57,013 nucleotides of DNA from a virus (IMGVR_UViG_3300037400_003188:1-57013), one strand, 5' to 3'; shown: positions 10,189 to 20,793, counted from the first letter of the stretch. Translations and numbers: made by a program. The notes: generated by a model from the letters alone, not told the origin.

Positions 10189-10209
10189 CACTAAAAACAC
10201 TATAACACT

Positions 10210-10689
10210 ATGGAGAAAGTAAGTTTAAAAGAATTGTATCAGCGTTTTACTGCTGACAAAAAAGGAACACAAAAGTTATTCATCACGCACGAGAGTTTTT
10301 ATGGTGCTCGTGATTGTGAGATTTGCCAAATAAAAGATATTGCACCGAACCCACGAAAGGCAGAAGCAATACGCACTCACGATGAGTACGAAGATTATGT
10401 GCCCGATTTTAATTTTGAGGTAGTAAACCCAAATGACAAAAAGGACATTGCCTCTTGGGACGGACACGCAGGTTATTATTGGTATGTATCAACCGACATA
10501 AACGAGTTAAAAGCACTCAATGATAAGCGATTAGAGGACTATTATATTAAAGAGGTAGGTCGCTCTATGGAGAGAATTGCAGTTCCACGAATTAAAGTAG
10601 TAGGCGAAAGAACCGCACACCTAAACGAATTGATTAGTGAATTTAGGACTACGATTGAAAAGATTACGAACTACACAAATGCAGCATAA
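10210..10689 (+). CDS. Hypothetical protein
   Basis: ACACTATG start; packed operon. Confidence 0.8.
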   Translation: MEKVSLKELYQRFTADKKGTQKLFITHESFYGARDCEICQIKDIAPNPRKAEAIRTHDEYEDYVPDFNFEVVNPNDKKDIASWDGHAGYYWYVSTDINELKALNDKRLEDYYIKEVGRSMERIAVPRIKVVGERTAHLNELISEFRTTIEKITNYTNAA

Positions 10690-10691
10690 CT

Positions 10692-11081
10692 ATGGCAAAG
10701 AAAGTTATTGGGTATCAAATTACAAATCGAAATCAAGACATTCCAAATAGTTTGTTTAGTTTCCAAATTTTCAAGACCGAAGAACAAGCATTTGAGTATG
10801 CAAGAGAACACGGAGTAGTGTTCGATTGGGACAAAGGTTGGTTTGTTCGACAAGTTCGCGAGGGCGACATTGAAAACCCCACATATATCGGTGGTGAAAA
10901 GAAAATTTATAACGTAACATTTTATTATCAAACCAAATTGACGGTGAGTGTAGAGGCAGAGAGTGAGAAAGAGGCGATTGCACTTGCGGATTTGGAGAGC
11001 GAGAAAGAGTGTTACAAACAAAACTTGCTTAACGGCTTGCGTGAAAGCCATTATCCATACGTTGAGTTAGATGAGGAGTAA
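10692..11081 (+). CDS. Hypothetical protein
   Basis: Packed operon; terminator-like hairpin downstream. Confidence 0.75.
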   Translation: MAKKVIGYQITNRNQDIPNSLFSFQIFKTEEQAFEYAREHGVVFDWDKGWFVRQVREGDIENPTYIGGEKKIYNVTFYYQTKLTVSVEAESEKEAIALADLESEKECYKQNLLNGLRESHYPYVELDEE

Positions 11082-11381
11082 ATCAAAAATTCGGCAGTAA
11101 GTAAAATTATTGCCGTTTTTTTGTGCCTTTATAGAACTATATACCATAAAATAAACAATTCCGTGAATAATAAAAATTTTGGAGTATAATTTTGTTTTTT
11201 TTCCCTAAAATTTGTATAATTCAATTTTTTTCTTTTATTTGGCCATATATATATGCGCATACACTTTTTCAAATGAATAATGGTATGATGATTACATTTT
11301 TTTGAACGAATTATTCCCTAAAATTTTTATATATCAAATCTTTTTAGTATCTTTGCAGCGTAATTCAAAACAAATAAAATT

Positions 11382-11603
11382 ATGAACACTTATTCTATTG
11401 CAATTGATTTTTATAGCGAGCCGAATTTTTGTGGAAATATGAGCCGTTATTGGTTCAAATCAAAACGTGGTAATAAAATATCTTATGGCGGTTTCTTATT
11501 TGCCAAGCGGTATTTATCTTTGGCTTGTGCAAACAAAATGGCTAAACGTTTGGCTGAAATACCAATGTTCAAAACTGCTAACATTAGTGTAGTAAATCGT
11601 TAA
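11382..11603 (+). CDS. Hypothetical basic protein, paralog of 7977..8231
   Basis: Shared FYSEPN and GNKISYGG motifs. Confidence 0.75.
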   Translation: MNTYSIAIDFYSEPNFCGNMSRYWFKSKRGNKISYGGFLFAKRYLSLACANKMAKRLAEIPMFKTANISVVNR

Positions 11604-11616
11604 ATCAAATAAAACT

Positions 11617-11871
11617 ATGGCAAATGAACTTTGGGGTGCAAAAACCCGTAGTACGAAATGGGTGTTAGAACACCTTTCGAGAAAAGACTTAAAGGAGTTA
11701 AGAGAACACATTAAGCAAATCAATCTGATTGCTAAAAATAGCGGTATGTGGGACTTTCAACGCACAGGTTTCTTTAAGCAAACCTACAAAATGGAAGATA
11801 CACTAATAGAAGCAATAGATGACAATGTGTATGAGAAAAAACTTGAAAAATCATTAGGGCATAAACTATGA
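11617..11871 (+). CDS. Hypothetical protein
   Basis: Packed operon. Confidence 0.7.
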   Translation: MANELWGAKTRSTKWVLEHLSRKDLKELREHIKQINLIAKNSGMWDFQRTGFFKQTYKMEDTLIEAIDDNVYEKKLEKSLGHKL

Positions 11872-12263
11872 AACCTATTAAATTATACAAAGTAGAGGTT
11901 GGCGTCTTGTTAAAGAAAGACAATCACGATTACGAAAGTTATTCGCAAGCCTACGACAAGCAGCACGGCTATTATGACGAAAACGTGGCATTTTTCCGCA
12001 ATAAGAAGAACGCAAAGGAATACCTTAAAAACTACGTGTTCTTTGGTGTAGTTGGCACGTATGGCATTTTGAGTGAGTTGGTGTATAACCAAAATGAGAT
12101 TGGCTACACCGATGAAGATACAAAACGTATTCTTAAAGACATTGATGAGTGTGGTATCTTTGATGATTATATAGACATTTTCGGAGAAGATTTGTATGAC
12201 ACCAAAAACGTGATTTTCACGCACTACAAGAAAAGCCAAAAAGTATTCAAAAAAATCTTTTAA
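11868..12263 (+). CDS. Hypothetical protein
   Basis: ATGA overlap with the previous gene. Confidence 0.75.
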   Translation: MKPIKLYKVEVGVLLKKDNHDYESYSQAYDKQHGYYDENVAFFRNKKNAKEYLKNYVFFGVVGTYGILSELVYNQNEIGYTDEDTKRILKDIDECGIFDDYIDIFGEDLYDTKNVIFTHYKKSQKVFKKIF

Positions 12264-12265
12264 TT

Positions 12266-12655
12266 ATGGCAAAGAAACTTTATAAAGACATTGAGAAAGT
12301 ATTCGTATCACCTTACGGCAGTTGTACGATTAGTCGTTTAGATTACGAAGATTTAATAATACCGATGATTGCAGAGGAGTTAAGCGATGAGCAAATGCAA
12401 AAGTTGGTAGATGAAATAAATCTCTCTATGCGCAGCGATTATAGCGATGAGGAGTTAGGCTGGCTACAAAAGTACCGAGATTTGGGCGCAGAGAACGGAT
12501 TGACACCAGAGCAGTTGAACTTTGCCGACAAGATGAGCGAGATTGAGTTCATGTATTTTGAAACTTGTGCAAGAAAATTCGGTATGCGTTATTGGGAAGA
12601 TTTAGATGAAGATGAATACAACGAACTCCAAAAAGAATTGGAATACGCAGCATAG
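12266..12655 (+). CDS. Hypothetical acidic protein
   Basis: Packed operon, terminator downstream. Confidence 0.75.
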   Translation: MAKKLYKDIEKVFVSPYGSCTISRLDYEDLIIPMIAEELSDEQMQKLVDEINLSMRSDYSDEELGWLQKYRDLGAENGLTPEQLNFADKMSEIEFMYFETCARKFGMRYWEDLDEDEYNELQKELEYAA

Positions 12656-12865
12656 TGTTTAATGTTTAATAGTTAGTGGTGGCACTGGGTGAAAACTCAG
12701 TGCTATTTTTTTGTTCTCTAAAATTTTTATAACTGAAGATTTTTCTTATTTTAGGACATATAGTAGGCTGTAAACTTTTTTTCTCCAAAATTTTTATAAT
12801 CCAAAGAAAAGCAGTATCTTTGCAGCAGATTTGATTAACCAACTAAAATAGAAAGGAACACTATT

Positions 12866-13129
12866 ATGACTATCGAAACAAAATTTAATCTTGGCGATGT
12901 TGTTTACTTATTAAAAGGAGAAAAAGTACACAATGCCCAAATCATCAAAATCAATGTACAATTTGGCAATCAAATAGATTGTGTGAATAATAAGCAATGC
13001 AATGGCTTTACGCGCACGACACCAACGCAATATGTATCTTATCGTATTAAATACCAGAGCGGTGGAGAAGAAGAATTTGGCGAAGAAAGATTTTTCAAAA
13101 CAAAGGAAGAATTATTAAAATCACTCTAA
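12866..13129 (+). CDS. Conserved phage hypothetical protein (ETKFNLGDxV N-terminus)
   Basis: After promoter and AGAAAGGA. Confidence 0.75.
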   Translation: MTIETKFNLGDVVYLLKGEKVHNAQIIKINVQFGNQIDCVNNKQCNGFTRTTPTQYVSYRIKYQSGGEEEFGEERFFKTKEELLKSL

Positions 13130-13152
13130 CTAAAATAGAAAGGAAAACAACT

Positions 13153-13509
13153 ATGACAATTAACGAAATGCGTAAACTGATTGAGCAAGCGGCAGCCATT
13201 AGCAACGACATTAAGGCAGCCGTAAAAGAGTGTCTGGTAAAGTTGGGTGCAACGGATGAGGAACACGGAATTGTGTTTGATTGGGAAGACGGAAGTGCGC
13301 CAAGCATTTGTAGTCTGCAATTTGGCGATGACGTAGCCGACAGTTATGTTACCAAAATCTGGTATGACAAAGGTTTAATTAAAGTAAATCTCCACGCTTA
13401 TTATGTAGGCGATGACCGAGAGAACATTGACTTGGCAAGTGAGTGTAATGTAGATTATGAAGATATTCTTGACTATCTTGCTTGTGAGTTAGAGGAGAGA
13501 GGTCTGTAA
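13153..13509 (+). CDS. Hypothetical acidic protein
   Basis: AGAAAGGA plus ACAACTATG. Confidence 0.75.
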   Translation: MTINEMRKLIEQAAAISNDIKAAVKECLVKLGATDEEHGIVFDWEDGSAPSICSLQFGDDVADSYVTKIWYDKGLIKVNLHAYYVGDDRENIDLASECNVDYEDILDYLACELEERGL

Positions 13510-13614
13510 CAATATAGGTACTCGATTGAGTACCTATCTACAAAGAGATTGCATTTTATTTCCCCAAAATTTTTATAATTGAAAAAAATATAGTACTTTT
13601 GCAGCAGAAATTGA

Positions 13615-13702
13615 AAAGGAGATTGAGTAGGCATTAACGATGAACCCTGCGCATTGGCTGAAAGACTGAATACAAAGCGGGTTGAGTATTCTACACCTTT
13701 TT
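13615..13702 (+). ncRNA. Candidate structured leader or small RNA (~85 nt)
   Basis: Directly after promoter; AAAAGG/CCTTTT, GTAG/CTAC and AACCCTGC/GCGGGTT pairings. Confidence 0.4.
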
Positions 13703-13745
13703 AATATATAACATTATTAACAATTAAATAAGAAAGGGAAAAATT

Positions 13746-14351
13746 ATGAGCACACGTAGTAACATTTACCTTAAACTCAAAGATAAGAGTAAGGGAAAAA
13801 CAATTAAATTCAATTTTTCTAAACTCCCGCGAGGAAACGGAGAACGGCACGCAGAATTGGAATTTCCGATTAACGATGTAACAATTCCACAAGACGCGGA
13901 GTATATCGGTGTATATCATCATTGGGATGGCTATATCACAGGCGTAGGAAAAACCCTGCTGGAGAGTTACACCGATTATGGCACAATTCTCAATCTGCTT
14001 ATTATGGGCGATATTAGTACCATAAATGGGGGTGTTATCTCTTATCAAGGTTGGCGCAACGAAGACACACCGCCGCAGTTCATCAATAAATCGACTAAGT
14101 TCGGTCATTGGATTTGGAACGAGGAAAAACAATGCGGAGAGGTCAAAAAGTTTGAAATGTGCAACGCAGAGGGCGAGTTAGACCCGAAAGCAGCAGTATG
14201 CGAGGAATACGCATATCTCTTTGACGGAAAGAAATGGTGGGTGTCGTACTACACTTATGACAATAACGACAAGCGTGTCGATACTGGGTGGCTTGACCTA
14301 AAAGAGGAACTTGCTAAATGGGAAGAGCGAGAGAATAAGGCAAACGCATAA
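13746..14351 (+). CDS. Conserved phage hypothetical protein (STRS...YxHWDGY family)
   Basis: MSTRS start, YHHWDGY and EEYAYLF motifs. Confidence 0.8.
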   Translation: MSTRSNIYLKLKDKSKGKTIKFNFSKLPRGNGERHAELEFPINDVTIPQDAEYIGVYHHWDGYITGVGKTLLESYTDYGTILNLLIMGDISTINGGVISYQGWRNEDTPPQFINKSTKFGHWIWNEEKQCGEVKKFEMCNAEGELDPKAAVCEEYAYLFDGKKWWVSYYTYDNNDKRVDTGWLDLKEELAKWEERENKANA

Positions 14352-14369
14352 AAGAAAGGAAAAAAGAAT

Positions 14370-14537
14370 ATGAAAAACTTTTTGATTGGTATGGTAGTTG
14401 GCATTATATTTGCTACGACTGGTACTTACGCGGTCATTGAGCAAAAGGCAAAGAAAGCGGCTACAAAGGAGAATGTAGAGAAAGTAACAAAGGCGGCGCA
14501 GAACTTTACCGATACGATTAAGAGTGTGTTTGAGTAA
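14370..14537 (+). CDS. Small membrane-anchored protein (55 aa)
   Basis: AGAAAGGA upstream, N-terminal hydrophobic helix. Confidence 0.55.
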   Translation: MKNFLIGMVVGIIFATTGTYAVIEQKAKKAATKENVEKVTKAAQNFTDTIKSVFE

Positions 14538-14742
14538 AGGTTGTTAATAATGTTAGTGGTGCGACTGGTTATAACGACTGGTCGCATTTTTTTATTTTCT
14601 GCGGGTATTATATGCCCTAAAATAACATTTCCAGCAACATATAAAAATTTTAGGGGCGTAAATAACTTTTTTTCTCCAAAATTTTTATATACCAAATAAT
14701 TGTAGTACTTTTGCATTGTCAAATATTAAAACACATAACACT

Positions 14743-14970
14743 ATGGCAAGAAAAAATGAGTTTAGTAATGGTCATATAGACATTGACCGAGAGATTTCAG
14801 CAGTAGAACTTATGCGCCTTTGCAAAATTGCGTTAAACCACGATTTAGGCGCGGTTGTAACAATTCGTCAAACTGAGGGTACTGACTTTCCTCCGTTCAT
14901 TACCATTGAAACGCAAGAGGTTCACGATATGACGGATGCAGAGGGTATTGCAGTAAACCAGTTAGCATAA
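14743..14970 (+). CDS. Hypothetical protein
   Basis: ACACTATG start after promoter. Confidence 0.7.
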   Translation: MARKNEFSNGHIDIDREISAVELMRLCKIALNHDLGAVVTIRQTEGTDFPPFITIETQEVHDMTDAEGIAVNQLA

Positions 14971-14988
14971 AAAGAAAGGAGCACAATT

Positions 14989-15324
14989 ATGAAAAAGAGT
15001 AAAAGATTTTTCCGCATTGGAGAGCGCGTATTTAACTGCGACTACAATGATACCGACCTATTCGGTTTTGGTAAGATAGTACTTATCAATGGTAAAGCAC
15101 AAGATAAGGAAATCTTTGATGATGACATTGTTACGCTTGATATGAGCGAGAACGGCAATGGCGAAACTGAAAGTGAGGGTAGTATTATCTATAAGATTGC
15201 ACCGCGTATCAGCAAAAAGATTGGCGAGGTTGTTTGCTACGAACACCACACTACAATCGGAAACTATCCGTTCTATATGCCGAGTAATGATGAGAATTAC
15301 TATCGGGTTGAGTTAGGGTTGTAA
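14989..15324 (+). CDS. Hypothetical protein
   Basis: AGAAAGGAG upstream; terminator downstream. Confidence 0.75.
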   Translation: MKKSKRFFRIGERVFNCDYNDTDLFGFGKIVLINGKAQDKEIFDDDIVTLDMSENGNGETESEGSIIYKIAPRISKKIGEVVCYEHHTTIGNYPFYMPSNDENYYRVELGL

Positions 15325-15451
15325 AAACAAGTTGTTAATAATGCGGCGACTGGCTATTCGGCTGGTCGCTTTTTTATTCCCAAAAATTTTTATATGTCAA
15401 ATAAAAGCAGTACCTTTGCACCAGAATTAACAATTAAAAAATATCAACACT

Positions 15452-15841
15452 ATGAGTAAACTAAACGACAATGTGAAAGCAGTTGTGGAACTGAACGAAA
15501 AAATGCACGAAGACATTGTAGAATTTTTGAAACAACACAATGGATTTGTGCGTACTGACAACACCGAGCGCAGGGATGAGGGATTACTATTGTGTGGAAA
15601 TATCTACACAATCTCTATGGACGGCGATGATGAGCCGAACACCGAAAAGCGAGTATTAGCCGTAATGCTTGATGAAGATGAGCAGGTATGCGTACTGCCC
15701 GATATGGGCGAGGAAACAATTAGTGGTCTAACCGACCAAGAGGTGAAAGACTGCGATAATTGGGAGTGGATAAATGGTGGCTATGTATTGCAAAATGCTA
15801 CACTATTAAGTATCTGCGAATGTATTGAGGAATACGTTTAA
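15452..15841 (+). CDS. Hypothetical acidic protein
   Basis: ORF after promoter. Confidence 0.75.
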   Translation: MSKLNDNVKAVVELNEKMHEDIVEFLKQHNGFVRTDNTERRDEGLLLCGNIYTISMDGDDEPNTEKRVLAVMLDEDEQVCVLPDMGEETISGLTDQEVKDCDNWEWINGGYVLQNATLLSICECIEEYV

Positions 15842-15867
15842 TTAACTAAAAGAAAGGAAAAACAACT

Positions 15868-16128
15868 ATGGCAAAAGATAAGTTGTATAATCAGTTACTT
15901 GAAAAAGTACATCAAAAAGGTGGTTTTGTTAAATTTGAAGCAAAAACAAGACCTTTTGTATATCTAACTGACGAGAAACGAAACACAAAAGGTACTATCG
16001 TTGCAGCATTATTTGTTAGTGACGATGAGAGTAGCCCACTAAAATTTATCACTAATCGGTTTACGGCATTTGATGTAGATGACTATCTCAATGCGGAAGA
16101 TATTGAACATTTGTTAAGCCGAATTTAA
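15868..16128 (+). CDS. Hypothetical protein
   Basis: AGAAAGGA plus ACAACTATG. Confidence 0.7.
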   Translation: MAKDKLYNQLLEKVHQKGGFVKFEAKTRPFVYLTDEKRNTKGTIVAALFVSDDESSPLKFITNRFTAFDVDDYLNAEDIEHLLSRI

Positions 16129-16147
16129 TAGAAAGGAGAATAAGATT

Positions 16148-16345
16148 ATGACAAGAGTATATGGAGTAGAAATAGAGAATGTAACAAAAGCATTTTACGA
16201 TTTGACTCACGATGATAAAGTCGAATTAGCAAAAAAGTATAGTGAGCCTAACGGAGATGTTTATACACTTGACGCTTGGTTTCACTACCTCAATCAAGAC
16301 GGAATTGATACGGAGAATTACTTTTGGTTTCCATTAGATTTTTAG
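16148..16345 (+). CDS. Hypothetical protein
   Basis: AGAAAGGAG 9 nt upstream. Confidence 0.7.
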   Translation: MTRVYGVEIENVTKAFYDLTHDDKVELAKKYSEPNGDVYTLDAWFHYLNQDGIDTENYFWFPLDF

Positions 16346-16564
16346 AGTGTTTCCTTTCATAGATGGTTTAGTCGGTGCTGGTGCAGGAATGTGCCAGCAT
16401 TTTTTTTGCCTGCTGGTATCCTATATGTCCTAAAATAAACTAATTATTCAATAATAAAAATTTTAGGGAAGCAAATAACTTTTTTTCTCCAAAATTTTTA
16501 TATTCAAATTATTTGTCGTACCTTTGTACCAGATTTGATTAACAACATTAAATACCTATTTACT

Positions 16565-16897
16565 ATGGCAAAGAAAACTTATGCTGAAATGCAAATGGCG
16601 ATTGAGAACGCCTACAAAAAAGAACTGACAACAGACGGTATCGAACTGGGTGTAATTATGGAGAACTTCCTCAATAGTTACGGCGATGACAGGATTGATG
16701 ACTTCTTGCAGTATATGACACAATGTGCCCACAGAACACTTCAACAGAAGTACTTCGGGCTTGTGCTGAAAAGCATAGAGAAATTCGCCGAAATGCAGTA
16801 TTATGACGGCAGAAACGAAAGTAGTGTTGAGAAAGCGAAGAAACTGGTATCGCTTATGCAGGAAAACAATATAGGCACTCGGATGCCGTTGATTTAA
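16565..16897 (+). CDS. Hypothetical protein
   Basis: ATG at 16565 after promoter. Confidence 0.75.
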   Translation: MAKKTYAEMQMAIENAYKKELTTDGIELGVIMENFLNSYGDDRIDDFLQYMTQCAHRTLQQKYFGLVLKSIEKFAEMQYYDGRNESSVEKAKKLVSLMQENNIGTRMPLI

Positions 16898-17003
16898 TGA
16901 GGTTTATGACTGGTTGCTTTTTTTCTCCAAAATTTTTATATATAAATTATTTATAGTACCTTTGCACCAGAATTGATTACTAACACTAAAAAATAACAAC
17001 ACT

Positions 17004-17543
17004 ATGGCAACAACAAAAAAACAAAACGTAATTACGTTATTTAACAATTATTGTGGCGAAGGCTACGACTTCGAGGAAGAAAAGGCTATGCTCGAAGAAT
17101 GCAATGGTCGTGAGTTTAGCGATGAGGCAGTCTGGGAACACATAGGTGATATGGAACGCGAGGACTACGACAATGCTCTCTATGAACTGAAAAAGGTATT
17201 CGGCAGCCGAAAGGTGATTGCTGCTGGCAGCGCAGGAACTTGGCGAGGCAACTTTGAGGCAGCAAAGATATTCGACAATGTAGAGGCAGCCGTCAGGGCC
17301 ATCACCAAAGATTGTGACTACATTAAGATTGAGTCTTTGAATGGTCGCGTGAAAGTAACCGCCAGTCATCACGACGGAACAAACTGCTTCGACTTGAAAG
17401 TACTGACCGAACGGGGCGAAATACTTTATGGAAACTGGGATTTTAATTATCATACAAAGTTTGGTAACCTCACTGAATACCAGATACTGGACAAGATTTG
17501 GAACGATAGTCACTATTCTAAACTGGCTGGGAAGATAGTCTGA
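17004..17543 (+). CDS. Conserved hypothetical protein
   Basis: GTWRG and HHDGTN motifs; after promoter. Confidence 0.8.
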   Translation: MATTKKQNVITLFNNYCGEGYDFEEEKAMLEECNGREFSDEAVWEHIGDMEREDYDNALYELKKVFGSRKVIAAGSAGTWRGNFEAAKIFDNVEAAVRAITKDCDYIKIESLNGRVKVTASHHDGTNCFDLKVLTERGEILYGNWDFNYHTKFGNLTEYQILDKIWNDSHYSKLAGKIV

Positions 17544-17594
17544 TAAGAAATATATATACTCGAATGAGTACCTAATTAAAATAAAGGAGATAAT

Positions 17595-17774
17595 ATGAAA
17601 CAAACATTTGAAAACTTATTACGGTTTATTAACGCGGCGATGATATTCGGAGTTAATTATATCTTTATTGACAAAGGTATGATTACCGATGAAACAATAG
17701 AAAAATTAAAAAATTGTAGTTATTCGGTTGTGGTCGGTCAGGGTGAGGCTGCCAGAATTAAAATATCTTGGTAA
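17595..17774 (+). CDS. Small protein (59 aa)
   Basis: AAAGGAG upstream. Confidence 0.5.
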   Translation: MKQTFENLLRFINAAMIFGVNYIFIDKGMITDETIEKLKNCSYSVVVGQGEAARIKISW

Positions 17775-17869
17775 AATCCATTTTATTTCCCCAAAATTTT
17801 TATATGTGAAAGTTTTATAGTACTTTTGCACCGAGTTTCAGATATTTATACTTTGAAATAGGTTAGATT

Positions 17870-18562
17870 ATGAACGAGCAATTAAAAAAAAGTTTAGGCT
17901 TAATGGAACGCATTGATGAGATTTCTCCAAACAAGAAAAAGCAAATTAAGAATAATGCGCTCAACATTTTGGCTGGAAAAGAGGACAATGTAAAAACTTT
18001 CCTTATTATAACAGCAGAGAACCCAATGGGCGAAAAGGGCACGAACAATCTTAATCGTACCTCGAATAATAGTCTTGTTAATTACTTGAAAGCGGGTAAT
18101 TATGCTTGGCAGCCTATTAGGGGAAAATATGGTTCTACTGAAAATAGTAAGATTGTATTCAATATCTCGGTTGATGAGGCAATTCGTCTTGGATTGTTAT
18201 TCCAGCAAGAGAGTTTTATCTTTGGAGAGAAAAACGAGGACAAGACTTTGTTCCACCTCTATGTGATTAACGAAAAGCGCAATGGTTACGACTTGGTTGA
18301 AACACAAGACACTTATGACAAAGTTATTGGTGATGATTTCTATACTGCCATTGACGGAAAAAATAAGTTTAGTGTTCCATTTGAGTATTTCAATGAGAGT
18401 TGTGAGAACTTTAACAAAATCATAAACGAAACAAAAGAGAACTCGGAGAAATACCGCGAAAAATATGACCGCTTCCTTAATGAGTGTTTAACAAGAGGTA
18501 AAACGCCAAAATCCTACTATACAAATAGGTGTTTAATCTACGGCGGGTTATTCAATAAGTAA
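17870..18562 (+). CDS. DUF3293-like protein
   Basis: IITAENP...GKYG..E.S....GxxFQQES pattern. Confidence 0.55.
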   Translation: MNEQLKKSLGLMERIDEISPNKKKQIKNNALNILAGKEDNVKTFLIITAENPMGEKGTNNLNRTSNNSLVNYLKAGNYAWQPIRGKYGSTENSKIVFNISVDEAIRLGLLFQQESFIFGEKNEDKTLFHLYVINEKRNGYDLVETQDTYDKVIGDDFYTAIDGKNKFSVPFEYFNESCENFNKIINETKENSEKYREKYDRFLNECLTRGKTPKSYYTNRCLIYGGLFNK

Positions 18563-18806
18563 GTTGTGGGTTGTTAATAATGTGGCGACTGGCTATTCGG
18601 CTGGTCGCTTTTTTTATGCCTTAAAATTTTTATAATTGCCAGACTTTTTTATTTTAGGGCATATAGTACGGACTTCACACTATATTCTCCGTAGCCTAAT
18701 ATGCACTTTTATTCCCTAAAATTTTTATATATGATTTTTTTATAGTATCTTTGCAGCAGATTTAAACGACAAACATTTATTAACCATTAAAATAGGAGAT
18801 ATAACT

Positions 18807-19088
18807 ATGGCAGAAGAATTTAAGAAAGTTACCTCGTTAAAACAATTACACGAGATTTTGAAGAAAGGCACGAGCGAGTTTTTCGTTCAGTTAAACTTTG
18901 GTGTCCGTTCTTGGAAAACAATCGGCTATGCAGATGAAAATGACCGCTATGGTAATTCTAAATTTGAAATTCTGAATGAGATTGACGAAAGCCGTCAAGT
19001 TCTTACGGAGAAAAACTTGTTTAACGAACGGCTTACCGTTATTGGTAGGGCAATCAACAATGGTTCGTTTTACTACGCTTGGACTTAA
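18807..19088 (+). CDS. Hypothetical protein
   Basis: After promoter, AGGAG upstream. Confidence 0.75.
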   Translation: MAEEFKKVTSLKQLHEILKKGTSEFFVQLNFGVRSWKTIGYADENDRYGNSKFEILNEIDESRQVLTEKNLFNERLTVIGRAINNGSFYYAWT

Positions 19089-19186
19089 TTTTTCTTCCGC
19101 AAAATTTTTATATGTGAAAGTTTTATAGTACTTTTGCATTGTCAAACGATAAAAAGCATTTATTAACAACTAAAAACAATACTACT

Positions 19187-19648
19187 ATGATTGAGAAACT
19201 GAAAACATTGATTAGCGAACATTGCTATGATGAGTTGGTAGAGAAACTGACCAAGCAAGTTGGAGAGAACAACGCAAAGGTTATGTTGCCTGCAATTGCA
19301 AAGGCACTTGTAGAGGGCGGCAGAGAGGAACGTGAGCGTATTCTTAATGATTGGCTCGATATGGATAGTTGCCGCGTATGCACCACTTGTGGCAAGATTA
19401 TGGAAGAGGGTTGGTATCTCAATGACGCTGGCTATGCTTGCAGCGATGAGTGCGCAGCCAAGAGTGAGGGTATCACAATGGAGCAATTCAAAAAGTGGAA
19501 AATATACAAAGATGATATTATTGATTATCTGCGCGGAGAGGGCAAAGGTCGCACCATTGATGAGTTGTCCGAAGATGAGTGTACAGACATTATCAATGAC
19601 CTCATTGATATGCAGAACTTGGAGTATTATTGGACTGAATGGTATTAA
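19187..19648 (+). CDS. Hypothetical protein with putative Zn finger
   Basis: CxxC (CTTC) and CSDEC motifs. Confidence 0.75.
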   Translation: MIEKLKTLISEHCYDELVEKLTKQVGENNAKVMLPAIAKALVEGGREERERILNDWLDMDSCRVCTTCGKIMEEGWYLNDAGYACSDECAAKSEGITMEQFKKWKIYKDDIIDYLRGEGKGRTIDELSEDECTDIINDLIDMQNLEYYWTEWY

Positions 19649-19651
19649 GAT

Positions 19652-19993
19652 ATGAAACCTGCATACATTCCAGATACGGTTATCTATGGTGTAACCGATA
19701 AAATTCCTAACATTAAATTCAAAAAGAGTATGAAGAAAGTATATGTACTTGTATTCGACAGCGTATGTCGCGGCGAACAGGAAATCAATGTAAAAACATT
19801 TGGCACGAAAACAAAGGCACGAGCCGAAATGAAGAAATGCTATGCTGCCGAACTGACCGATTGGAAATTCACATTCGAGGATGATGAGTTCTTCGAGGTA
19901 GAAACAGGAAAAGAGAGTTGCTCTATCTGGGAGAAAGGCGAGTATTGCCAGAACCACGTTAGTTGGACTATTCACGAACAAGAGGTACTTTAA
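19652..19993 (+). CDS. Hypothetical protein
   Basis: Packed ORF; start could be ATG 19730. Confidence 0.7.
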   Translation: MKPAYIPDTVIYGVTDKIPNIKFKKSMKKVYVLVFDSVCRGEQEINVKTFGTKTKARAEMKKCYAAELTDWKFTFEDDEFFEVETGKESCSIWEKGEYCQNHVSWTIHEQEVL

Positions 19994-20039
19994 TATACTC
20001 AATTGAGTGCATAATATCAAAAGAAAGGAGAATAAGATT

Positions 20040-20315
20040 ATGAGTAAAGGTAAAAAGATATTAAACTACGCCGCAATGGCTTGCGCAATAATGGCAATTA
20101 TAGTTTTCTATATTGACAAAAATTGGGATGCTGTTATATGGGCAATAATCGCTCTTATCTGGATAGTCAATTGTCATTTAGCCGAAGATACTTGTTATGG
20201 CTTCAAAGAAAGCTTAGACAAATTGACAGACGATTACTGCAATACGCTAATTAAGCACGGAAAAGAGGTAAAAGAATTGAGGAATGAAATCGAAAAACTG
20301 AATAAGGGACAATAA
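20040..20315 (+). CDS. Membrane protein with C-terminal coiled coil
   Basis: Two hydrophobic helices; AGAAAGGAG upstream. Confidence 0.7.
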   Translation: MSKGKKILNYAAMACAIMAIIVFYIDKNWDAVIWAIIALIWIVNCHLAEDTCYGFKESLDKLTDDYCNTLIKHGKEVKELRNEIEKLNKGQ

Positions 20316-20319
20316 GATT

Positions 20320-20505
20320 ATGTTTGGAGCAGACTCATACGAAACATTTTTATTACATAATGCATATAGTGCAGCCGAACGTGCTGTCTATACTGATGAC
20401 TATTTTGGTCGAGGTAATTCAACAAAGCGTGGTGCGCACAATTCAAATGTACACACGAAAAATCGTAAAGCAAAACGTAGGTTAAACAAAAAACATAATA
20501 AATAA
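20320..20505 (+). CDS. Small basic protein
   Basis: K/R/H-rich tail; packed operon. Confidence 0.6.
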   Translation: MFGADSYETFLLHNAYSAAERAVYTDDYFGRGNSTKRGAHNSNVHTKNRKAKRRLNKKHNK

Positions 20506-20506
20506 T

Positions 20507-20782
20507 ATGGAAGCAGACGTATTTGTAGAAAAAATTGAAAATCTTGTTGATGAATTCACAAAAAACATTGATAAAGATTGTATGGAAATAAATGGTAAAA
20601 ATTGTCGAATTCTTTTCAAGAAAAAAGAAATTATAAATGAAACACAATATGGAAATAGGTGGGGCGGTGCTAAGATGAAGCCAGGTTATAAAGTAACATA
20701 TTGTTGTAGTTGTGGTAAACCAATCTACTATAAAGGGGAATTGACATTTATGCCAACACTTTGTGGAGATTGTGAAAATTAA
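20507..20782 (+). CDS. Hypothetical protein with C-terminal Cys motifs
   Basis: CCSCG...LCGDC. Confidence 0.65.
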   Translation: MEADVFVEKIENLVDEFTKNIDKDCMEINGKNCRILFKKKEIINETQYGNRWGGAKMKPGYKVTYCCSCGKPIYYKGELTFMPTLCGDCEN

Positions 20783-20793
20783 AAAAGTTTAAT

